Assembly: GCA_021463465.1 (NCBI GenBank)
Contig: JAJTYH010000003.1
Span: 351,942 to 415,941 of the forward strand
Length of the DNA: 64,000 nucleotides
Direction of reading: 5' to 3'
From: a bacterium
GTDB taxonomy: Bacteria; Patescibacteriota; Dojkabacteria; SC72
Part shown: positions 1 to 7,268 of the stretch, in pieces
Layout: every line of letters starts with the position of its first letter
Position numbering within the stretch: position 1 is the stretch's first letter
Notes under the pieces: model-generated
What the model was told of the DNA's origin: nothing
Databases searched by the model: none
The model's input: the letters and a program-made list of their open reading frames with translations, nothing else
Program-made: the position numbers and the translations under genes

Positions 1-683
1 TGATTTAAGGGTAAATTCCATATAGGGAATGTTTCATATTTTGCGTATCCCGAACTTAAACCTTTTGTGTATTCTTGATATATCTGTCCTAAGCAGGTAC
101 TCATCTTACCTGAATTGGAAGCCGCACCAGTAACGAGTACCAAATTTTTTGAAACTGGAACGTACTCATCCTGTCCATACCCTTGTAAAGTTAAAACTCT
201 TTCGGATTTAGGGTAACCCGGAATCTTATATCTAAAGTACGCTCTAATACCCAGTTTAGCCATATACTCTTTGTACTCCATTGCGAATGTAAAGTTCTCT
301 TTGTCAATAAGGTTTATAGCTACGAGGATTTCGGATTTGAAGGTCTTTTTAAAGGTTTGGATTAAGTTTACAGTAGAGCGTATGTAGCCTTCGTTAAAAT
401 TGTAAAGTCTCCGGTTATTTTCTATATCGTCAGAGTTTACGCAGAATAGAATCTCCATATCTTTTTCAAATTTCTTGAAGAGCGTGATTTTGGTTTCTGG
501 ATCAAATCCCGGAAGTACGCGTGCGCCATGGGCATCGTAAAGGAACTTACCTCCAACTTCTAGATAAAGTCTGCCTTTGGAAAACTTTTCAACTCTTTTC
601 TGTATCGCTTTACCTTGTAATTCAAGGTACTTTCTTTGGTCAAACCCCACAGTTTTGTATTTAATTATTTCGTTACTATTCAT
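1..683 (-). CDS. DUF1846/UPF0371 family protein (3' end truncated by window edge)
   Basis: Reverse-strand translation from ATG at 683 gives [30 protein letters not shown]...[47 protein letters not shown]. This matches the signature block of UPF0371 proteins (APGPGSGKLATCLSQLY...GYAKFETFPVWNLPLKH). It is absent from the ORF track because it runs off the window. Confidence 0.7.
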   Translation of the reverse strand, partial: [227 protein letters not shown]

Positions 684-751
684 CCATACTATCGTATACG
701 AAAACAGCCACCCGATAAAGGGGGGCTGTTATACAGGTTAAAAATAAGTTT

Positions 752-1468
752 TTAAGCCTGTGCTCTTTGTGCAGGAGCTCCACTCTTAGGAGTGATTTTA
801 CCCCAAGCTAAATAGCCTATGAATATGTAATTCACAAGCGGAATTAATATGAGCAGACCGAGCATCTTATCAAGACCTCTCTTCTCACTCATCTTCATTG
901 CAGCTAGCACCATCAGTACCAACATATACAAACCATTGACTCCTGGAATTATTATCAACAGTACTGTCCAAGGGTTGATTTCAGCTACTCTGCAAAGGAA
1001 TACTAAGTTTAAGATTGGCACCCATGCCCACCATGAATCTTTGATTCCAATCTTGTTACCTATAACCATAAGTGCCCATGAAGAATATATGTAAAGGATT
1101 AGACCTACAACTACGGCAACCCCGAGTACTGCAAACATGGCACCTCCCCACACAGCAAAAAGGCCAGCAAGAGCTGCTTGCTCGTCTGGGCTGAGGTTCT
1201 CGTAGGAATAATCATAGTTGTAATCGTAATTATCAGAGGCGTCACCAAATGAATCGTAGAGATTCTGATAATAGTCTTGTGGAGTTGCTGTGTCTTCTTG
1301 AGTCTGATAAAGCTGTTCATTTTCAGCCGGGGGGGTAGTATTTTCTTCAGTTTGGTAAAGTCGCTTGTACTCTTCCAGTGTTATTTCTTCAGTCTCGGCT
1401 CTCACTGGCATGAATGAAACGGCCAGTATTGCGAACATAGCGACTGGAATTAGTAATTTTTTAAACAT
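752..1468 (-). CDS. membrane protein with signal peptide, Tyr/Asp-rich low-complexity linker and C-terminal multi-TM domain
   Basis: The track ORF is 752..1639. The credible start is MFKKLLIPVAMFAILAVSFMPVRA (ATG at 1468), which reads as a signal peptide. It is followed by an acidic DNYDYNYDYSYE repeat-like segment and 3-4 hydrophobic helices (WWAWVPILNLVFL..., LLIIIPGVNGLYMLVLMVL...). Confidence 0.55.
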   Translation of the reverse strand: MFKKLLIPVAMFAILAVSFMPVRAETEEITLEEYKRLYQTEENTTPPAENEQLYQTQEDTATPQDYYQNLYDSFGDASDNYDYNYDYSYENLSPDEQAALAGLFAVWGGAMFAVLGVAVVVGLILYIYSSWALMVIGNKIGIKDSWWAWVPILNLVFLCRVAEINPWTVLLIIIPGVNGLYMLVLMVLAAMKMSEKRGLDKMLGLLILIPLVNYIFIGYLAWGKITPKSGAPAQRAQA

Positions 1469-1564
1469 ATCGCAAAAAGTAAATTTATACCCATAATTAT
1501 TAACGTATTCGTAATGATATTGCAATATATGGAAGGAATTTAAGGTATATGTTAATCTGAATAC

Positions 1565-2155
1565 ATGGATTCCTCTGTTTACACTTTGATTGATGGTAGT
1601 GCGCCTGTATTGCTTTCTGCACCGCATAGCTTTGCGCATAAGAGACCAAGCATGAGGGGAGTATTAAAACACGGAGAGCCAGGTACTGATTATATTGTGA
1701 AAAAAGTCTGCGAGGAGACTGGTGCTTTTGGGGTGTATCTGAATGAACCGTCAGTTGAATTCGACCCTAATTTCAACAAAATTGAGTCAAATGAGTATAA
1801 AGGAGCAATTAAAGACCTTTTTGAAACTAAAAAAATTGAAGCAGTTATTGATTTACATGGGTTAAATGAAAAGATTGAATATGATTTTCAAATCTTTTAT
1901 TGTGTTCGGTTTTCGAGGTCAAGAAAATTAGCTATGCAGTTGATGGGCGAAATGGGCAAGCAAAAAGAACTTAAAGGGTGCTCTTACCATGTCGGATATA
2001 CGCCAAGAAATTCTCAGGAGACCATTACTGAATATGTGTGTGAAGGTCTAAGATATCCTGCGATTCAAGTAGAAATTGCTAGATATATCCGGGAAGACCC
2101 AGTTTTGCTAAGTGCTGTTGTTGCTGGTTTAACTGCTTTTGTGAAGTCAATCTAA
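1565..2155 (+). CDS. putative zinc hydrolase, N-formylglutamate amidohydrolase-like fold (tentative)
   Basis: 196 aa. The motifs LLSAPHSFAH and VIDLHG are reminiscent of the FGase (PF05013) metal-binding blocks. The assignment is from memory of motifs only. Confidence 0.3.
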   Translation: MDSSVYTLIDGSAPVLLSAPHSFAHKRPSMRGVLKHGEPGTDYIVKKVCEETGAFGVYLNEPSVEFDPNFNKIESNEYKGAIKDLFETKKIEAVIDLHGLNEKIEYDFQIFYCVRFSRSRKLAMQLMGEMGKQKELKGCSYHVGYTPRNSQETITEYVCEGLRYPAIQVEIARYIREDPVLLSAVVAGLTAFVKSI

Positions 2156-2243
2156 TTATTTCATTAACAGGGTACTTAGTATACATTGATTATACATACC
2201 CTCTGTGGTATGTTTAATCATCTAAAATTTTTCAAAGTTCAGG

Positions 2244-3269
2244 ATGTCACCTAAAAATATTAATCAAGATAATGAGAAGGCTACCCCTAAAGAAGCTCGT
2301 AGTAAAGCTATTGAACTGGCGATCTCTCAGATTGAAAAACAGTTCGGCCAGGGTTCGATTATGAGATTGGGAAGTAGAGAAAAGATAAACATTGCAGCTA
2401 TACCCACTGGGGCATTGTCGCTTGATATTGCGCTTGGTATAGGAGGAATTCCAAGAGGAAGAATCATTGAGATTTATGGACCCGAATCTTCTGGTAAGAC
2501 TACTCTTGCTCAGCATATTTTAGCTGAAGCTCAAAAACTTGGTGAGAATGTAGCCTTTATCGATGCTGAGCATGCTTTTGATCCTACGTATGCTAAGTCA
2601 ATTGGTGTTGATATTGATAATCTTTTCATATCTCAGCCTGATTTTGGTGAACAAGCATTAGAAATTTTAGAGACATTGGTAAGATCAGCAGGTTTTGGTG
2701 TTATTGTTGTTGACTCAGTTGCTGCACTTACCCCAAGAGCTGAGATAGAAGGGGAAATGGGAGATAGTCATATGGGACTTCAAGCTCGTTTGATGTCGCA
2801 AGCTCTGCGTAAGGTTACTGCTATCGCCAGCAAGACTAATACTACAGTTATATTTCTTAACCAGTTGCGTATGAAGATTGGAATTATGTTTGGTAATCCA
2901 GAGACCACTACTGGTGGAAATGCGTTAAAGTTTTATGCTTCGGTTCGAATGGATATTCGTCAGAAAGAAAAAATTATGAAGGGAGATGAGGTGATTGGCC
3001 ATATTCGTGTCGTTAAGATTGTGAAGAATAAGGTTGCTCCTCCTTTTAGAGAAGCTTCTTTTAGTATCATTTATCCATTTGGAATTGATAAAGAAAGTAG
3101 TATCTTGGATGCCGCTCTCGCCAAAGGAATTCTTACCAAATCAGGGGCTTGGATTAGACATGGTGAAACACAGTTAGCACAAGGTCGTGAGTCTGCGATT
3201 GAGATGTTGAAAAATGACAAGGATTTAGCAAGAAAATTAGAAAAAGAAGTTAGAGCAACGATTAAGTAG
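2244..3269 (+). CDS. recA: recombinase RecA
   Basis: 341 aa. Walker [12 protein letters not shown], the block [25 protein letters not shown], and the L2 region [30 protein letters not shown] are all RecA hallmarks. Confidence 0.97.
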   Translation: MSPKNINQDNEKATPKEARSKAIELAISQIEKQFGQGSIMRLGSREKINIAAIPTGALSLDIALGIGGIPRGRIIEIYGPESSGKTTLAQHILAEAQKLGENVAFIDAEHAFDPTYAKSIGVDIDNLFISQPDFGEQALEILETLVRSAGFGVIVVDSVAALTPRAEIEGEMGDSHMGLQARLMSQALRKVTAIASKTNTTVIFLNQLRMKIGIMFGNPETTTGGNALKFYASVRMDIRQKEKIMKGDEVIGHIRVVKIVKNKVAPPFREASFSIIYPFGIDKESSILDAALAKGILTKSGAWIRHGETQLAQGRESAIEMLKNDKDLARKLEKEVRATIK

Positions 3270-3925
3270 TGAAGATAACTAAAATTGAGTTACAGCAGAA
3301 GAGGCGGAGATTCAATCTCGAAATTGAAGGTAAGTTTGTCTGCTCTGTTTCTGCAACAACACTGACTCATTATAATCTGTATAAGGGTAAAGAGATTACA
3401 GAGGACGAAATTCAACAGATTGTTGATAAGGAGGTTGAAAATCGTTTCTTTGATAGGGCGGTTGCTCTACTTAGCGCACGTCTTAAAAGTCGTTGGCAAG
3501 TCACGCAATATTTGAACACTCTTTTTATTAAGAAGAAAGGGTTATGGTTTGGTAAAGATTTTCCTAATCAAGTAGGTGTAACTGAAAGTGTTTTGTCCAG
3601 ACTTGAAAAATTAGGATTAATAAATGACCATGAGTTTGCCAGAGCATTTGTTGAAGGTAGAATCAGAAGTAGACCCAGAGGAGGCTCGCAAATTATTGCT
3701 GAGCTTCTATCTAAAGGTATATCTAAAGAAATAGCTAAGACTGTTGTGTACGAAATATTGCCAGATAATGATGATATGATATTTAGAGTATTTAGAAAAA
3801 AGTATCCAAATCAAACTCTGGATTTAAAGAATCGTAAACAAATAGATTTTCTTTTAAGAAAAGGATTTGATTGGGATGATATATCTAAACTATCCAAACA
3901 ACTTAAAGATGACTCTCAAGAGTAA
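3269..3925 (+). CDS. recX: RecA regulator RecX
   Basis: 218 aa immediately after recA. The GTG start overlaps the recA stop (TAGTG). Three-repeat helical composition with LGLINDHEFARAFVEGRIRSRPRGGSQIIAELLSKGIS is typical of RecX. Confidence 0.7.
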   Translation: MKITKIELQQKRRRFNLEIEGKFVCSVSATTLTHYNLYKGKEITEDEIQQIVDKEVENRFFDRAVALLSARLKSRWQVTQYLNTLFIKKKGLWFGKDFPNQVGVTESVLSRLEKLGLINDHEFARAFVEGRIRSRPRGGSQIIAELLSKGISKEIAKTVVYEILPDNDDMIFRVFRKKYPNQTLDLKNRKQIDFLLRKGFDWDDISKLSKQLKDDSQE

Positions 3926-5624
3926 TAAAGTATGGAAAGTTGGAGCTGACCTTGATGCTACTAATCATGAAAAGATCATTACTGCATTACTTGAAAGTAG
4001 AGGAATAAAAGGCAAAAAAGCTGTCAATAATTTCTTAGACCCTAGTTTAGATCAAGTACCTGATGCTTCACTTCTTTTTGGTTGTGAGCAAGCAGCACAG
4101 CAAATACTTGAAGCTATTAAATCGTCGAAAAGTGTTTGCATACATGGAGATTTTGATTGTGATGGAGTTTGTGCAACAGCAATACTCTGGGACTTTTTAT
4201 ACAGAGAACTTGCTGATTTCTTGAAGGTTAAAATAAACGTTACTCCATATATTCCAAGTAGGGTAGATGAGGGGTACGGTTTGTCCGAGTCTTCGATTCA
4301 GGCTATGAAATCACAAGGTGCTCAGTTAGTGATAACAGTTGATTGTGGAATTCGAGATAGGAAATTAATTGAAAAACATACCTCAAAGGATTTCACTGTG
4401 ATAGTAACAGACCATCATGAACCTCCAGATGATGTGACAAAATTCGAATCTGTAGTTGTTCACCCGATGTATCCTGGAAGCGAATATCTCTATCCCAAAA
4501 TATGTGGAAGTGCGGTAGCTTTTTTGTTGACTCAATCGATACGTAAGGCTGCGGGTATGGAGTACGAATTGAAAGAGAGTGTAAAAGGTTTGGATTTAGT
4601 AGGTTTAGCTACTGTTACTGACATGATGCCCCTAGTAGAAGTTAACAGAGTTTTTGTTGTTTGGGGATTAAAACAGATGAAGCAAGATACTCGTTTGGGT
4701 TTGGATGCACTTTTAAGGTTGGCAACAGTAGATAAAACTAAATTGGATAGTTATCACTTCGGTTTTGTTATTGGCTCTAAGATCAATGCTGCGGGTAGGA
4801 TAGGGCATGCTATGGATGCCTTGCGCTTACTTTTAGCGCCTAATCCTAAGAGTGCAATGGAATACAGTAGTAATTTGCATAACCTGAATCTTAAAAGGCA
4901 GGTAAGTACAGAGGAAATATTGAAAGAGGTAGAAGGACAACTTAAAGAATTTGAAGATAAAAAGTTGGTATTTTTAACTGGAAAAAACTGGCATGAAGGT
5001 GTTATTGGCCTAGTGGCTGGACGTATTTTTGAGCGTACTGGTAAACCAACGATTGTAGTTACTTTATCGGGTAAGGAAGTTAAAGCTTCTGCCCGTAGCG
5101 GAAGTCAATTAAATATTACACAATTACTCAAGAAGCATTCTAAATATCTTGAGAAATATGGAGGGCATGCACAAGCGGCAGGGATGTCCATTAAACCCGA
5201 ATTACTTGAAGAATTTAAAACTAAACTCACAAAATACTGTGAGTTGAAACTTTCAAAGGATGATTTGAAATCTGAACTTGAAATTGATTTACGCATAGAG
5301 CCCCAAGATATAACTCAAGAGCTTTTTTCCACGCTAGAGAAGTTAAAGCCATATGGATTTGGAAATGCAAAACCAACTATTCTAATAGAAGACTTAAGTA
5401 TTATTGCAAAGCAAATTTTGAGTGGAGGTAAGCATATGAAGCTAAGCGTTGAAAAGGAAGGAAACCAAACTAATCTCTTAATGTTTAACTGTGATGAAGA
5501 TATCCCTTTATTATCCAATAATGACAGAATTTCGGTTGTTGGAAATATCTCATCAAGCGAATGGAACGGTAAAATGAATTTGGAATTTCAAGTCAGAGAG
5601 TATAAGTTGGGGGGTATGCAGTGA
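3909..5624 (+). CDS. recJ: single-stranded-DNA-specific exonuclease RecJ
   Basis: DHH-family motifs IHGDFDCDGVCATAILW and VTDHHEPP, DHHA1 motif GGHAQAAGMS, and a C-terminal OB region. The start is chosen at ATG 3909 (MTLKSNKVWKV), overlapping the recX end. The track ORF starts at 3867. Confidence 0.88.
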   Translation: MTLKSNKVWKVGADLDATNHEKIITALLESRGIKGKKAVNNFLDPSLDQVPDASLLFGCEQAAQQILEAIKSSKSVCIHGDFDCDGVCATAILWDFLYRELADFLKVKINVTPYIPSRVDEGYGLSESSIQAMKSQGAQLVITVDCGIRDRKLIEKHTSKDFTVIVTDHHEPPDDVTKFESVVVHPMYPGSEYLYPKICGSAVAFLLTQSIRKAAGMEYELKESVKGLDLVGLATVTDMMPLVEVNRVFVVWGLKQMKQDTRLGLDALLRLATVDKTKLDSYHFGFVIGSKINAAGRIGHAMDALRLLLAPNPKSAMEYSSNLHNLNLKRQVSTEEILKEVEGQLKEFEDKKLVFLTGKNWHEGVIGLVAGRIFERTGKPTIVVTLSGKEVKASARSGSQLNITQLLKKHSKYLEKYGGHAQAAGMSIKPELLEEFKTKLTKYCELKLSKDDLKSELEIDLRIEPQDITQELFSTLEKLKPYGFGNAKPTILIEDLSIIAKQILSGGKHMKLSVEKEGNQTNLLMFNCDEDIPLLSNNDRISVVGNISSSEWNGKMNLEFQVREYKLGGMQ

Positions 5625-5760
5625 AGCGCTCGATCGAGTTGATCAGAGAATGCTTCACCGCATAAAACCCTTCACAGGTGAGACGGCAATAAACTTCCGT
5701 CAAAAAACTTTCTCCCAGGGCGGGGGAAAGGCGCCACTCTCGCCTGTGAAGGGCAAGGGA
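5621..5760. ncRNA. candidate structured RNA of unknown class (GC-rich island between convergent genes)
   Basis: An imperfect hairpin at 5621-5658 (GTGAAGC...GCTTCAC arms, loop containing the self-complementary CTCGATCGAG, with several bulges) begins at the recJ stop. An 11-bp perfect helix CCCTTCACAGG (5668-5678)/CCTGTGAAGGG (5743-5753) then encloses about 64 nt containing the nested hairpins GACGG...CCGTC and GGCG-GGGGAAAGG-CGCC. The local GC is far above the surroundings. Confidence 0.3.
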
Positions 5761-5875
5761 CTATAACATTGATTTGATAAGGAATCAAGGGCTTTTAGTA
5801 CAATTAAACCGAGAAGTTGTATTAAAATCCAAGACTTTTCTAGTTTAGATCTAGTATTGGAAGTATAGGATTAAC

Positions 5876-6424
5876 CTATTTAGCAAAGTCTACCATCGCC
5901 TCAAATTCCATCCCTTCCGCTCTTTGGGCAAAGGAGTTCATGCTTGAAAGTAGTTTGTCATTTTCTTCAAGATTCAAAAAAGCTTTTAAATCAATCCTTA
6001 GTGTATCTAAATCTATCTTTTGAATCAGATCTGAGTGTCCACCTTTAGCAAAAAGTTTTATTAAGAAATTGGAAAATACTGGATTAGTTTTAGATTCTAG
6101 TGAGTTTATCTTTTCTCTATCAAGCACATTTGTTTCTAAAAGATATTTTCTTAATTTATACACTCCAAAAGCAAGAACCTTGATTGCCTCCATAGGGCCT
6201 ATATGTCCTGGAGAGATTTTCCCGCCAGGCGCAAAATCTCCATTAATCTGATAACTATCACCATTACCCCTAAAATTGACGACTATTCCGGTATTACCAA
6301 CTTCAACTCCTATGTTGGAATCTGTTTTGATTAGAGCAATATCACCATTAATAGTTGCCTTTTGTCTTTTTTGGATTCTAACGAACTCCAAATCTAACTC
6401 TCTTAGATTGTCAACCATGTCCAA
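5876..6424 (-). CDS. hypothetical protein
   Basis: 182-aa ORF with good coding composition and no recognisable motif. Confidence 0.5.
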   Translation of the reverse strand: MDMVDNLRELDLEFVRIQKRQKATINGDIALIKTDSNIGVEVGNTGIVVNFRGNGDSYQINGDFAPGGKISPGHIGPMEAIKVLAFGVYKLRKYLLETNVLDREKINSLESKTNPVFSNFLIKLFAKGGHSDLIQKIDLDTLRIDLKAFLNLEENDKLLSSMNSFAQRAEGMEFEAMVDFAK

Positions 6425-6614
6425 AATATATCATATATAACGCCTTTGTATTCTATTTAACTAACCGTTGCACTTCTAATCGGTTTAACATTGATCTGTT
6501 TCGTAATCAATGTTACACAACTATTAGAGAATATATCGTTGCAGACTAGGATTTGGTTGATAAGTTACTTATTTAAGCGTAAAATACAGACTATAAGATA
6601 TAAAGGGTTTTCAA

Positions 6615-7103
6615 ATGACAATTACTGACAGTGGCATGCCTGGTCGTTCGGATTTACTGGGTATTAATAAAGTATTTTTGACTGAACTTATTGAGATGGA
6701 TGTTCGCAATGCCAATTTTAATATTGGAATAAAAGCGATAAACGAGCTTTCGTCATTGTTTTTCAATAAGGATGCCTCTGAATTAGAGTGTGAAATTGAT
6801 GAGGAAGAATCATGTTTACCAGGCTATTGTCTTATATCTATTCGTAGTGTTCCAAAAGGTAGTGATGGAATTACGTACTCAATCAGAGTTAATCAGGGTC
6901 AAGGGGTAAATGTGATAAAGTCGGCAGGGGATGTTTGTGAAACAGTTGTACTGGATTCCGAATCATTAAAAGTTTTGCTAAAAGGTGTGGCATCACAGAT
7001 GTACCAGCTAACCGATTTCAACTATTGGCATAGATTCAGTTATATTCTGGACAAGTTGGCAAAAATAGATTTAAATAGTGAGGGTAGTAATTCACCTATT
7101 TAA
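6615..7103 (+). CDS. hypothetical protein
   Basis: 162-aa ORF with no recognisable motif. Confidence 0.45.
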   Translation: MTITDSGMPGRSDLLGINKVFLTELIEMDVRNANFNIGIKAINELSSLFFNKDASELECEIDEEESCLPGYCLISIRSVPKGSDGITYSIRVNQGQGVNVIKSAGDVCETVVLDSESLKVLLKGVASQMYQLTDFNYWHRFSYILDKLAKIDLNSEGSNSPI

Positions 7104-7257
7104 TGATATGATACAGATAAGCGACCAAGGGTAGTGAAAGCTTGGAAAACATATGTGACTCAAACAATTGAAAACCAAGTGGTTGTACGAATGTACAGCA
7201 ACTGGGGTGGCACCGCGATAATAATCGTCCCCTTGTAAGTAGGGGATTTTTTATTTT
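7104..7257 (+). promoter_or_regulatory. T-box riboswitch leader of aspS (extended -10 promoter, stem I, T-box sequence, intrinsic terminator)
   Basis: An extended -10 TGaTATGAT lies at 7104-7112. The T-box sequence ACTGGGGTGGCACCGCG at 7201-7217 fits the consensus AnnnGGGUGGnACCGCG; its UGGC bulge would pair with the NCCA end of a tRNA whose discriminator is G, as in tRNA-Asp. The terminator is TCCCC-ttgtaagta-GGGGA plus a T-run at 7228-7257, only about 12 nt before the aspS start. A GAC (Asp) triplet sits in the upstream hairpin loop at 7157-7159. Confidence 0.75.
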
Positions 7258-7268
7258 AATTTATTTGT

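Noticed and set aside
849-1320. Track ORFs 849..1094 (+) and 1111..1320 (-) inside or antisense to the membrane-protein gene
   Set aside because: They lie fully within or opposite a better-supported gene. Their composition is low-complexity (runs of I/T/S) and typical of antisense frames in AT-rich DNA.
2247-2516. 89-aa ORF antisense to recA
   Set aside because: It is antisense to a conserved, unambiguous gene and so is spurious.
5621-5760. SRP RNA / RNase P RNA / tmRNA identity for the GC-rich element
   Set aside because: None of the conserved SRP domain IV motifs, RNase P CR-I/II/IV blocks or a tmRNA tag ORF could be found by eye.
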